A DNA stretch of 63,004 nt, the filler included, from Basidiobolus ranarum (taxonomy: Eukaryota): assembly GCA_040143965.1 (NCBI GenBank). It is 56 parts of 56 records of this genome, joined end to end, with 100 filler letters (N's around TTAATTAATTAA, not from the genome) between each part and the next. Parts side by side here need not be neighbours in the genome. Positions count along the whole stretch, not along the records: positions 48,523 to 49,545 come from JASJQH010013663.1; positions 49,646 to 50,668 come from JASJQH010013664.1; positions 50,769 to 51,791 come from JASJQH010013665.1; positions 51,892 to 52,914 come from JASJQH010013666.1; positions 53,015 to 54,036 come from JASJQH010013667.1; positions 54,137 to 55,158 come from JASJQH010013668.1; positions 55,259 to 56,280 come from JASJQH010013669.1; positions 56,381 to 57,401 come from JASJQH010013670.1; 48 more parts are not named here. One strand, 5' to 3'. Under the pieces are notes generated by a model. It was not told the DNA's origin and did not search any database. It saw only the letters and a list, made by a program, of their open reading frames with translations. Below, piece after piece: positions 48,523-60,864 of the stretch. The stretch's first letter is position 1; every line of letters starts with the position of its first letter. The translations under genes and the position numbers were made by a program.

Positions 48523-49545
48523 CTGATTGATCAGACATAACTCAACAACATCAATATGCTTTACCATCAAACTAACTGTGGAAAAGTTGCTAAACATCTG
48601 AAATTTTGAATACCACTGACACTTGGCAAATAGCTGACTCTTGTTACAATTCCCAATGTGAATAAGCTCTTTGAGTTTGTAAATTTCCATGAAGAATGCA
48701 GCCAAAATATCCTCAACTTGCAGTCATCAAGTGTTCTGCCACAAGTAGAGATGTCATTGCTTGAATATCCCTAACAAAAATAAAATTGATTTGATCCAGA
48801 TTCGATCCACCCTCATAAATTGCAAAACCATCAGAGAACCATCAAAATATTGGTGACTTGCATTCTGCCAGAGATTTTGATGGTGCAATGGCAGTTTCTT
48901 GACAGTATTTTGACAGTATTTGTACAAGTTAGAATATCAATCCTGATATTTGGCATGTGTTATTAATTTCCAGTGATTTTTGCAAAAATCTAATTTTCAA
49001 ATGGCAAATTACTGAGTTTACAGTGTAGGAATTTAAAGTATTTTGCATGCCTTCATTTAGATATTTTTGGCTTGGTATTCCAGCCATAATGAGAATCAAA
49101 AAATACAAGAATCTTGTTGTGTTTAGTCTCTACATATGCACATACTTGATTGATCAGATATAACTCAACAACATCAATATGCTTTACCATCAAACTAATG
49201 GTGGAAAAGTTGCTAAACATCTGAAATTTTGAATAGCACTGACACTTGGCAAATAGATGACTCTTATTACCATTCACAATGAGAATAAGCTCTTGGATTT
49301 TGGCAAATTGTGGTAAAGAATTCAGCCAATGTATCCCCAACTTGCAGTCAACAAATGTCCTGACACATGTAGATGTCTCATAGCTTAAATAGATTACTCC
49401 ATGGCTAAAGTGCTATTACTACATATCTTGATCTATCTCACCTAGAAGGATATCATGCCAATTTCCTAGATATACCATCAGAATATTATGCAAGCAAATT
49501 AGTCCAAATTATAGAGGTACTTACTCTATGTCCATGGATTGGGCT
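48523..49545 (-). mobile_element. CACTA-like last exon and right terminus (48769) inserted in the last exon of another copy
   Basis: Last-exon sequence present twice, separated by CCCTAACAAAAAT. Confidence 0.87.
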
Positions 49546-49657
49546 NNNNNNNNNNNNNNNNNNNNNNNNNNNNNNNNNNNNNNNNNNNNTTAATTAATTA
49601 ANNNNNNNNNNNNNNNNNNNNNNNNNNNNNNNNNNNNNNNNNNNNAAAGTTAGAAGA

Positions 49658-50668
49658 TTAGGAGCGGTTAAGAGCAGCAGATGCTTCAGCTTGCTTGACC
49701 AAGTTCTCAGGAGCATCCAACCAGTCCATCATCAATTCAACAAGATTGATCTTGTCACTGTGAGATTCGACCTTCTTCAAGACTTGTTCGAATTCACCAG
49801 CAGTATTGGCACGGCCTTGGAAACCAATCTTGTCTTGTCCAGCAACACCACCGAAATAGTCCAGAGTCTTGCTGAAGTCCCAGTTATCAATGTCATTGTA
49901 GGTACGCTTGACTCCGTGAATCAAACGTTCAATGGTGTATCCGTTGTTGTTCAACAAGAAGATGACTGGACGGAGACCAAGACGAATCATGACAGACACT
50001 TCTTGACAAGTAAGTTGGAAACTACCATCACCAACGAACAAGATCACACGACGAGATCCACCACCAACGGCAGCTCCGAGGGTGGCTCCAACAGTGTAAC
50101 CAATGGAACCCCAGAGAATTTGAGAGATGAAAGTAGCTCCTTCAGGCAAGTGAGAGTTCAAAGCACCGAAGACTGAAGTACCAGTCTCAGCGACAACAAT
50201 ATCATCAGCCTTGAAGAATTTGCTCATTCTAGGCCAGAACCATGCTTGAGGAACCATCTCCTTCATATCAATTTGAGGAAGCTCCTTAACTGGAACAGCG
50301 GGGCACTTGAACTCACGCTTAGGAATAGCAGCGGAGAGCTTAGGTAACAAATATTTCATACCTACAGCCTTGTAGGTACCAAAGAAGACATCAGTGTAGT
50401 CAGAGTGAATCTCAACCGTCTTTTCAGTGTCCATACGGAAACTGAATGAACCAGTGTTGAAATCGGATTTCAAACCACCAACACTGAGAATGAGATCAGC
50501 AGTCTCAAGCTCTTCCTTGACTCTGGGATCAGAGAGGGATCCAACATAGATACCACGGAATTGAGGGTGGCTTTCACTGACAGCTCCCTTACCCATAGGG
50601 GTAGTGAAGTAAGGCAAGCCAGTCTTCTCGATCAACTCAAGAAGCTCCTTCTCGCAGTGGTGACGAAT
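49658..50668 (-). CDS. PDC: Pyruvate decarboxylase, C-terminal part
   Basis: TPMGKG, SDFNTGSF, AETGTS, QILWGSIGY, TPP-binding GDGSFQ..NNNGYTIERLIHG; strong codon bias. Confidence 0.95.
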   Translation of the reverse strand: MRHHCEKELLELIEKTGLPYFTTPMGKGAVSESHPQFRGIYVGSLSDPRVKEELETADLILSVGGLKSDFNTGSFSFRMDTEKTVEIHSDYTDVFFGTYKAVGMKYLLPKLSAAIPKREFKCPAVPVKELPQIDMKEMVPQAWFWPRMSKFFKADDIVVAETGTSVFGALNSHLPEGATFISQILWGSIGYTVGATLGAAVGGGSRRVILFVGDGSFQLTCQEVSVMIRLGLRPVIFLLNNNGYTIERLIHGVKRTYNDIDNWDFSKTLDYFGGVAGQDKIGFQGRANTAGEFEQVLKKVESHSDKINLVELMMDWLDAPENLVKQAEASAALNRS

Positions 50669-51891
50669 NNNNNNNNNNNNNNNNNNNNNNNNNNNNNNNN
50701 NNNNNNNNNNNNTTAATTAATTAANNNNNNNNNNNNNNNNNNNNNNNNNNNNNNNNNNNNNNNNNNNNTTGATGGATATCTTGTAAAACTTACTGACATA
50801 ACTGGCAATGCAAAACCCTATAACCTTGTACTGAGACAAATCTTAACTTGATCCGATACAATACAAGAAATTTTACTAAGTTAGTAGGTTTTGAGTTGTA
50901 TCACAATACTGTTGAGGAATACGAGTGGTACTTAATAACTACTTGGAGTCTAAATCCTGATTAATTATATGTGACCTTTAGTTGGGTATTTGCTATTCCG
51001 CTAGAGCATAGAGAGCTGGGGATTATGCCATCGATTATTTCAAATTGATTGATCAAGTTGACTGATCTAACAACATTCTGCCATCCGTTATTTCGAGTTG
51101 ACTGATACAACACTGCTATGTAAGTAATATATGTAAATATTATACTGAGAGTCAAGTGCCAGTATCAAATAACTAGTGTTATGTAGTACAACCTATGCCT
51201 GCTTTTCGCCCTACATCAGCATTATGACTCTTAATTTGCTACAAACTGCATCCGTGGAGTTACAAAGATGCATGCATTAGTAATATAAAAATTATACAGG
51301 GTTACTAGGCCTGGGTTGTTACTTTTATATATCTTATACATATCTGTCATATGGTATCACCAAACATACCGTGTTTTAATCTAAAATGAGATGAATTAAA
51401 AAAATTAATGGTACGGTCGCAAAAAATTGGAGATAAGCTCAGACACATTGCAAAAGAACAAGTGTTCAAAGACTTACTCTGCATCAAATGTTTAGTGTAG
51501 CGATAACCACATAGTATTCAATAAGTTTGCTTTTTTCGTTTGTTGACTGCTGCTAGCTGACAAGATACCCTTTTTTTTAACCCGGTGGAGAGAGGTTCCT
51601 TCAATCTGCAAAAACGTTCTAGTCTTTCCCCATTTGAGCGCAAGTTAAAAAGAATATGTCAAAGTAGCAGCCAGGTCACAATTCCAAAGACGAAGGGGTG
51701 AATCTTCAGTAGTATTGGCCACGACCTTTAAACACTGTTGGTTTTTGCACCTGAACAGAAATTAGGTTGGAATTTTTTACTTGCATATAAANNNNNNNNN
51801 NNNNNNNNNNNNNNNNNNNNNNNNNNNNNNNNNNNTTAATTAATTAANNNNNNNNNNNNNNNNNNNNNNNNNNNNNNNNNNNNNNNNNNNN

Positions 51892-52840
51892 CCAAGGGAA
51901 ATGCAAAGGACCAGTGAGTTTATGCTCTACTATCCCACTTACCAATTTCTTCACACCATTACAAAGATCTGCAATTCCTGAGTCAGATATACTGGCAAAA
52001 AAGCTTAATTTCACCATGGAACCAGGTACAACAGTTGGAAGAGTGCTAAATTTGGAAGTTTATCCAACACCTGGCATCTCTCAACAAGCCAAAACACAAG
52101 TAAATAAAACTCATGGCTCTCCAACCTCAACTGGTACTTTTCAAAGTGTTGAAATTAGTCCCAAAGGTAAAGGCAAACAAAAAGCCGCACAAACACTGCA
52201 AAGCACTGTCAGTAGTGTCACACTACAAGGATGTACAAAAGTAGTCATAGTGCTTGAGGAGTATCTTCAAAAGTATGAAGGGAAAAACGCAGTGCAAGTA
52301 TGCAGAAAGTGGCTTCAGAAGAAGAACATTCAACTTGACATTCAGTCTGGTGTTGACCATGCAGATATCTGGCAAGAACTTAATACAGAGTGGCACAATA
52401 ACAAAGGGTATCCACTGGACAGCTGGAAGAATGTTGATTCAGCAATGCTAATACAATGGTGGGCTTTGATGGAGATGTTGACATAAACTCATGTTGGCTA
52501 TGAGCTAAACCTTGGGTATGAAGAACTCTATAAAAATATACAGGAGAATATATCAAAGAGACTAGGGATTTCAAAGGTGACAAATTAGCATTCAAGTGGT
52601 AATTGTGTAAAATTTGAGTTATGTTTTTTGCACATGTGTTGATCCATAGGTCACTGAGATTTATGCCAATCATCTGCAACTATTTTGCAAGATCTTGAAA
52701 TTTCACACCTGGAACTGAAAAAATTAATTAAAATCCAATCTAACTTGATGATTTTATGATGGTAAGTAGACAGTCAATCCCAAATGGATTAAAATTGTGA
52801 TGGTTTTCCTGTGATAACAATCCTCAAATTTCTGTTAGGG
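51892..52840 (+). mobile_element. CACTA-like ORF2 C-terminus and the other terminus (..AAATTTCTGTTAGGG)
   Basis: ORF2 stop at 52486; terminus at 52840 shares CCCTAACA[A/G]AAAT with the transposase-side end but has a different subterminal sequence; flank is ORF2 in reverse. Confidence 0.75.
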
Positions 52841-53014
52841 GTTATTTGCAAGCATTAGTCCAGATTTTGACTTAGATTTTGATCACTTTTTGAATGGCAT
52901 TGAAATTTTCAGATNNNNNNNNNNNNNNNNNNNNNNNNNNNNNNNNNNNNNNNNNNNNTTAATTAATTAANNNNNNNNNNNNNNNNNNNNNNNNNNNNNN
53001 NNNNNNNNNNNNNN

Positions 53015-53169
53015 ATTACAACAAGGGAATTGCAGGCAGAACACCATAATGATTTGTATGCAATCATAAGTAAAAACTATGAAGTTGCTATACAAGCCAT
53101 GACAAGAAATAACACCACAATATTGCAATTAATGCAGAGGTTGAAAGCAACTAGTCAACAGTTAGAGAG
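53015..53169 (+). mobile_element. CACTA-like ORF2 fragment, target of an LTR-C insertion
   Basis: Matches 29764-29919. Confidence 0.8.
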
Positions 53170-53710
53170 TGTCATGATTCTGATCTTGGCATACTGATCC
53201 ACTGCAAATGGAACTCTTCTATTATTAGATCACAAAATCATACCTACTGTGCCATCCCGTCTTGGCAATCTGGTGTCAGTTCTTCCAGATTACCTTATAT
53301 GGTAGTCATGTTCTTTGGAACATTCCATGAAACCTAACCAATCATGTCATCCCACACATAGTGTATTTCCACCAAGACCTTCCATGGAAGGTCACCTGAT
53401 CATCCTTACATCATCCTTACATCATCCCTCTTTGTATTGGTCCTTGTAGTCCCTAACACCCCAACTCTTGAACTTGCCACAGTATATTCCCTATTCAGTA
53501 TATTATGTTTCACCTTGCAATATCTATATAAGCCCCATGTATTCCTTGATCAGACCTCAGTCTGATCAACGCCAGTTATCAATGAAGATTTTTGCCAAAG
53601 TATCTTCCTTGTCATGTCTTGTCTTGTCTTGTGATCTACACCCAGGTACTCTCCTGCCTTCTATCATCTTGTCATTGTTTCCAGTCCTTGTCCAGTTCCT
53701 TATTGTGACA
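53170..53710 (+). repeat. Complete gypsy LTR type C (541 bp); leader continues to 54036
   Basis: TGTCA..TGACA inverted termini; same 5' boundary in three different targets; TATATAAG at 53525; AATAAA position at 53581 (intact in the other copies). Confidence 0.85.
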
Positions 53711-54136
53711 GTTTGATCAGACTACTTATACTTGCCTGTAGACTTCTCTCCATCCCTGTTCTCCAACCTTGAAACCCCCCAAGGTTGGCTTCCCTCTTAT
53801 TCCCCATCTTTCCCAAGCTTCCCTGCTAAGGCAAAGGTACCTTCCACCTTTGGATAATTGCTCTAAGTGCATCCTTGTCAAGACACTACTGGTTGTGTTT
53901 ACAGTAGTTTTTGATCAAGGAAGCTTTAGTCCTTGATCAAGATCAAAGGACATTGATACCAATATATTCTTTTGTCAAGGCGCCAATCATTTCTTCAACA
54001 GAAAGTTGGACATTGCATTGTGATTATCATTCCTAGNNNNNNNNNNNNNNNNNNNNNNNNNNNNNNNNNNNNNNNNNNNNTTAATTAATTAANNNNNNNN
54101 NNNNNNNNNNNNNNNNNNNNNNNNNNNNNNNNNNNN

Positions 54137-55158
54137 TGGATTTTGGCAAATTTCCATAAAGAATTCAGACAAAATACACCTAACTTGCAGTCAACAAATG
54201 TCCTGCCACAAGTAGATGTGTCATTGCTTGAATAGATTACCCCATGGCTAAAATGCTAAAACTGCATATCTTGATCTATCTCACCAAGAAGTCTGTCTTG
54301 CAGGTTTCCTAAAAATACCATTGGCTTATTACACAAACAAGTAGAGTCCAAATTATAGAGATACTTACTCTGTGTCTATGGATTGGGCTTTGTTACCACT
54401 GTTGTGCTCAAAAAATGCAAAAACCCATGAGCACATTGAAAAAAGCCCTTTGTTGGAAGGCTAATATACTCTGGAGTCTCCTTAACCCATTGCATTACAT
54501 CCATCACTGATTTTGCTGGTACATTGTTAATCAGATTACCATATGGTTATACTGACAGTTTCACACAGAGCATCATTTCACCACTGGTGTGCTCCATTGG
54601 GAACTATCAGAATGTATAGCTGGGGCCTATAGTCTCTAAGTATGATGAAAGATGCAGCAGGAAATGTTTTGAATACCAGCATAGATTCAGTCTATCATTT
54701 TAAACCTGTAATAAAGTCTTTCATATCCAATTACAAAATCTTCATACAGCTGCTGTAGCTGCCTGAGATCTACCAATGTGAGTTGATGCCATAAGAATAA
54801 ATTAACAATATTGACAAACAACTCCCATTATTGCCAATAGGTATCAGGCAGAAATCTTTTCAAAATTCCACTTGAATATATACAAGTCCAATACTTCCAG
54901 TCTTTGCATTTGAATAAATGCTAGATGAGTGGATATTGATGGTAGTCCTGGTATAACATGATGGTATCTTGATGTTTTCAAGCATTTTCCCAATTGATTC
55001 AAACTTTGATCCAGTCTCACATGGCTCATTCATATTGAATTTTCCACTATATAGTTGAGTAAGTAGTATTGGAATGTTGTTGAATAGTAAGTGCATAGTG
55101 CCTAATGGCAAGCTCAGGCTCCAGCTGATCCCCTTTAGCAATATAATCTTTGGCTTAC
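54137..55158 (-). mobile_element. CACTA-like transposase fragment spanning the intron
   Basis: PLGTMHL through KPNP, then the last exon. Confidence 0.88.
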
Positions 55159-55258
55159 NNNNNNNNNNNNNNNNNNNNNNNNNNNNNNNNNNNNNNNNNN
55201 NNTTAATTAATTAANNNNNNNNNNNNNNNNNNNNNNNNNNNNNNNNNNNNNNNNNNNN

Positions 55259-56280
55259 TGCATACTTGATTTTCTTTTCCTTTTGCAATATATCCCTCTG
55301 GTTGATCCATGTATATATCTTCATCAATTTCTCCATTAAGAAATGCTGTCTTGACATCCATTTGTTCAAACAGCATTCCTTGGTGGGTAGCAATGGCTAG
55401 GATTACTCAGATTAAGGTAAGCTTAGCAACAGGAGAAAATGTTTCATCATAGTCAATGCCATGTTTCTGAACATAGCCTTTTACTACTAATCTTGCTTTG
55501 TACCAGTTGATAGATCCATCTGAGTTAAGTTTCAGTTTCAGCACCTATCTATTACCAATAGTTTTTCTTCCAGTAGATAAATCCACAAGGATCCATGTGT
55601 TATTCTTGATTAGGGAGTGAATTTCATCCTCAGTGGCTTTTCTCCATTCTGTTGCTTCATCAGATTGCAGAGCTGGTGTCAAATTTTCTGGTTTAGAGAA
55701 TGCCATATGTGCAGATATATTCCACCCTTTTTCTGAATTGAAACTGTTGATTTTATGCTCTGATTTGAGACATCCAAAGTCCTCAGTAGAATGGTCAGAT
55801 GTTTCACTTACAGGATGTTTCTGATTTCCACTTGGTAGGATTTCTGAGACCTGATTGCCTGAATTTTGTGATTGATTAAATACTTGTTGTGATTGATTGC
55901 ATACTTCCAATAATTGATTGCATCCAATATCAGCCAAGTTGAGAGTAGGATATTTCTTAGGTATGTGATTGGTCAGAAAATTATTGCCATGTTTCTGAGC
56001 CCAATTTCCTGATTCCTGATTGGCTGGAAAAATATCCTTTTTCTGATTACCATATTTTTCATTGGCAGAGATAATATGCTGATTTCCAGAAGCTGGTTCC
56101 AAATTATCAGTATCCTCAGAGTAATTATCAGGTTTTCTGGTATAAATTGGTGCATTTCCAGTGTTGCCTAATGTTTCACTACTTGTATAGCTGCTTGATT
56201 CCAGAATATCATATAATAGTTTGTTCTCCTTGGTTTCAGTACTTGTAGTGAAGTTTGAGACAGGATTATTGCTTGTTGGT
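55259..56280 (-). mobile_element. Ty1/copia linker and RT
   Basis: [60 protein letters not shown]. Confidence 0.92.
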
Positions 56281-56380
56281 NNNNNNNNNNNNNNNNNNNN
56301 NNNNNNNNNNNNNNNNNNNNNNNNTTAATTAATTAANNNNNNNNNNNNNNNNNNNNNNNNNNNNNNNNNNNNNNNNNNNN

Positions 56381-57401
56381 CATCAACTCACATTGGCAGA
56401 TCTCAGGCAGATACAGCAACTGTGCAAAGATTTTGTAATTGGATATGAAAAACTTTATTACAGGTTCAAAGAAGATAGACTGAATCTATGCCGGTATTCA
56501 ATACATTCCCTGCTGCTTCTTTCACAATGCTTAGAGATTATAGGCCCTTGGTATACTTTCTGGGAGTTCCCAATGGAGCGCACCTGTGGTGAAATGATGC
56601 TCCATGTGAAATCATCAGTATTACCCTATGCTAATCTGATTAACAATGTAGCAGCTAAATCAGTGATGCATGTAATGTGATGGGTTAAGGAGACTCCAGA
56701 GTATATTAATCTGCCAACAAGGGGCTCTTTTTAATGTGCTCATGGGTTTTTGCATTGTTTGAGCACAATAACAGCAACAAAGCCCAATCCATGGACACAG
56801 AGTAAGTACCTCTATGATTGGACTAATTTGCTTGTGTGATAATCTGACGGTATTTTTAGGAAAGCTGCAAGACAGACTTCTTGGTGACATAGATCAAGAT
56901 ATGCAGTATTATTGTTTTAGCCATGGGGTAATTATTCAAGCAATGACACATCTACTTGTGGCAGGACATTCATTGACTGCAAGTCAGGGATATATTGGCC
57001 AAATTCTTTGCAGAAATTTTCCAAAATCCAAGAGCTTATTCTCATTGCAAATGGTCACAAGAGTCAGCTATTTGCCAAGTGTCAGTGCTATTCAAAATTT
57101 CAGATGTTTAACAATTTTTCCACCACTAGTTTGCTGGTAAAGCATATTGATGTTGTTGAGATATGTCTAATCAATCAAGTATGTCCATATGTAGAGACTA
57201 AACACAAGGAGATTATTGCATTTTTTGATTTTCATTATGGCTGGAATACAAAGCCTAAAATATGTAAATAAAGGCATGCATATTAATTTGAATTCCTACA
57301 GCAGTAAACCCAGTGAATTGCCATTCAAAAATTATATTTTGCAAAAATTGCCAGATATTGAATAATGCATGCCAAATTTGAGGATCAATATTTCAACATG
57401 T
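56381..57401 (+). mobile_element. CACTA-like transposase C-terminal part (least mutated copy at the motifs checked)
   Basis: LCRYSIHSLL..FWEFPMERTCG; intron; last exon. Confidence 0.9.
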
Positions 57402-57501
57402 NNNNNNNNNNNNNNNNNNNNNNNNNNNNNNNNNNNNNNNNNNNNTTAATTAATTAANNNNNNNNNNNNNNNNNNNNNNNNNNNNNNNNNNNNNNNNNNN
57501 N

Positions 57502-58522
57502 GTTACTTGTCAAGGCCTAAATAGCATTACAGTCAAAAATTGGTACCCCTTGCCATTAATCAACTCACTTTTGGATCAGCTTGCTTCAGCCAAGGTGTTT
57601 ACAAAGATTGATCTAAGAGGTGCTTACAATCTGTAAGAATCAAACCAGGAGACCAATGGAAAACTGCCTTTCAAACATGCTATGGACACTTTGAATGCAA
57701 TGTCATGCCATTTGAACTTACCAATGTCCTTGCAGTCTTTCAACACATGATGAATGATATCTTCACAGAGTATCTTGACCAGTATATGGTAATATACCTT
57801 GACAATATCTTGATCTTCTCAAGCTCTCAAGAAGAACATAATATTTATGTTTCCCAAGTCCTAGAAAAGTTGAAAACCTCTGGGCTCTATGCTAAACTTG
57901 AGAAATATGAATTTGATCAAGCTCAAGTTGAATTCCTTGGATATAACATCAGCCCATCAGGCATCTCCATGGACCCTAAGAAGGTTGAATCTGTTCTGTC
58001 TTGGGATATTCCCAAGAATGTGAAGGATGTCCAATCTTTCCTTGGATTTGCAAACTTTTACTGATGGTTTATCAAGAACTACTCGAAAATATCCACTCCA
58101 TTAACAAACCTTACAAAGAAAGAACTCCCATTCAACTGGAACCCATCTTGCCAACAAGCATTTGTAACTTTAAAGAGTGCTTTTACCTCAGCACCAATCC
58201 TGGCACATCCCAAGCTAGACAAGCCATTTATTGTTGAAACTGATGCATCCAACTTTGCTCTAGGAGCAGTACTATCACAGTTTGATGATGACAACTTATT
58301 GCACCCTGTTGCCTTTTACTCAAGAAAGTTCTCTGCCATAGAAATCAACTATGACATCTATGACAAGGAACTTTTAGCAATTATTGCTGTATTTGAACAA
58401 TGGCGACAATACTTGCATGGAGCAAATCACAAAATCACAGTTTATTGTGAATACAAGAATCTTCAGTATTTTGGAACAACCAAAGTTCTCAACCATTGTC
58501 AAGCAAGATGTTCATTATTTCT
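57502..58522 (+). mobile_element. Tf1/sushi (chromovirus-type) gypsy RT-RNase H
   Basis: [27 protein letters not shown] (YLDD), FLGFANFY, VETDASNFALGAVL, PVAFYSRKF, DKELLAII. Confidence 0.95.
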
Positions 58523-58622
58523 NNNNNNNNNNNNNNNNNNNNNNNNNNNNNNNNNNNNNNNNNNNNTTAATTAATTAANNNNNNNNNNNNNNNNNNNNNN
58601 NNNNNNNNNNNNNNNNNNNNNN

Positions 58623-59643
58623 TGCCATAAGAATATATTAACAATATCAACAAACATCTCCCAATGTTGCCAATACTTATCAGGCAGAAATCTATTAAAA
58701 TTCCACTTGAATATATATGAATCCAATAGTTCCAGTCTTTGCATTTGAATAAATGCCTAGATGAGTGGATATTGATGGGAGTCCTGGTAAAATATGGTGG
58801 TATTCTGACATTTTCAAGCATTTCCCAATCAATTCAAACTTTGACCCTATCTTGAATGCCTTGTTCATATTGAATTTTCCAATATATAGCTGGGTAAGCA
58901 AAATTGGAATGTTGTTGAATAGTAAGTGCATAGTTCCTAATGGGAAGCTCCAGCTCCAGCTAATCCCCTATAGCAATATAATCTTAAGCTTATGGCTAAT
59001 ACTAAGTTTGATGTTAGACTGACTATTTAGTGAATTGATATCAGGGATCATTTTGAAATCTGACCAGGCTCTTGATGGTAAAATCATGAAGCTTAGTGTT
59101 GTATTTGGATAGTAGTAATGCATATGCCTGTTAGAGTAAACTCCATTGATTTGGCAAAATCTACAGCAAGATAGTGCATTGTGCCTGCAAAAACATCCAA
59201 GTTCACTGATGGCAGGAGTGTCCCCAATATATACAATGATATTAGCTTTAATGAAATATTCACCATTCTGAACCCCATTAGATAACCATTCAAATTCTGC
59301 AATCAAAGGCTCCAAGAAGCTAGTTATAAGCACTGGTGATTTAGGTCCAGATATGATGGATATTATCAAAATATTATGAATGTTATACCATTCAGAAGGA
59401 GGAAGATTTAAGTTGATTAAAATTATTGGCCAGCAAGCCGTTCCAACAGTATATTTGTTTAGTGAGAAACCATCCAGAGCCTATTCAAACGCATGAACAT
59501 ACATGTTCTCAAAGAAACCTTGAATTTTTGGATTCTGGTAGCAATGTCCATCAAGCAGATCAGTATTACCATCAGCTTTAAGGTGAGTACTTTGGTAATG
59601 GATCAATGATCTATATTTACATTCCAACAAGGGGCTCTTTTCA
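58623..59643 (-). mobile_element. CACTA-like transposase catalytic region
   Basis: ALDGF, NLNLPPSEWY, IGDTPA, PLGTMHL. Confidence 0.9.
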
Positions 59644-59782
59644 NNNNNNNNNNNNNNNNNNNNNNNNNNNNNNNNNNNNNNNNNNNNTTAATTAATTAAN
59701 NNNNNNNNNNNNNNNNNNNNNNNNNNNNNNNNNNNNNNNNNNNCTTTCTTGGCAATCTTATGCTAGTTCATCCAAGTTACAT

Positions 59783-60764
59783 TAGACTTGCTCCATTGGA
59801 CCAGGTCAGATTGTACCACTCAATCCAGCCTGCTAGTACACCATCTGGCATAATCTGTCAATTACCATGGCTGGGTCCTATAACACTCAATTGGACACTA
59901 TAAGGAACATTATAGCACTATCCCACCACAATCAGACGTGTTTATTTTGTTGGAGATATTGTGCCAGCCTGTACTAAGCTACACAACTTAGTATTGCCAA
60001 ATTAATATTTTGGGTAACTGACAAAGCAAGTTCATCCCCTAGTATGTAACTTGGAAATTACTGAGTGTGTAACAATAAACAATTTATACTGTAACTTACC
60101 CAATCAAAGGTATAATCAAGACATTCACATGTTTTTAGGCCAATCATCTGTCCCTCACTAGCACAGTATCCTGATTTTCCATTGGGCCCAACGGCTCCTG
60201 CATGTCAAAACACCAATAGTTTTGGCATGCTGGAGACAAGTCACAGCACTCAATGATTGATTGATCCGCAGTATGATAGTAGTGATCAGGATTGCTTGAT
60301 TCATCATTTTTAGATCAGCAAATTATTCATTCAATCATGTTAGCTTCTAATTGGGTGAGAATGTGAATAGATTGAGCCAAATCAAGCCAATATGGCTGCG
60401 CAAGCTTTTTATTGACAGACATTTTTCATTTAATTGTAGTGAAATTGCTTGTATTAATATGCTATCATTGATTTGTTTGATATATGACAACTTCACACTA
60501 TCAGAGTTTTATAAACACATAAGTAGTAGTGATCTAACTAAAGCAATTTATGCTATATATAACTGCAATCCATATTGATTTTGCAAGATGCACTAAGCAG
60601 TAAAGATAGGATATTGTAAATATTAACAAGAGTGTTCAGCAGTTGCCTAGGTTTGAAGCAGTACGTGCTGATTTGCTTCTGTGATTTTTGGTGTCTCCTT
60701 GTTATTTCCATGGAAGGAACTTTGCTTGAACCTCTGCACTGAGTTGGTTGGTTTGATCCTGCTG
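59783..60764 (+). mobile_element. Repeat E terminus (TAGACTTGCTCCA..) inserted in an LTR-C
   Basis: 59744-59782 is LTR-C; same boundary as at 3740. Confidence 0.75.
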
Positions 60765-60864
60765 NNNNNNNNNNNNNNNNNNNNNNNNNNNNNNNNNNNN
60801 NNNNNNNNTTAATTAATTAANNNNNNNNNNNNNNNNNNNNNNNNNNNNNNNNNNNNNNNNNNNN

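Noticed and set aside
49691..50176. 161-aa plus-strand ORF
   Set aside because: Antisense shadow of codon-biased PDC
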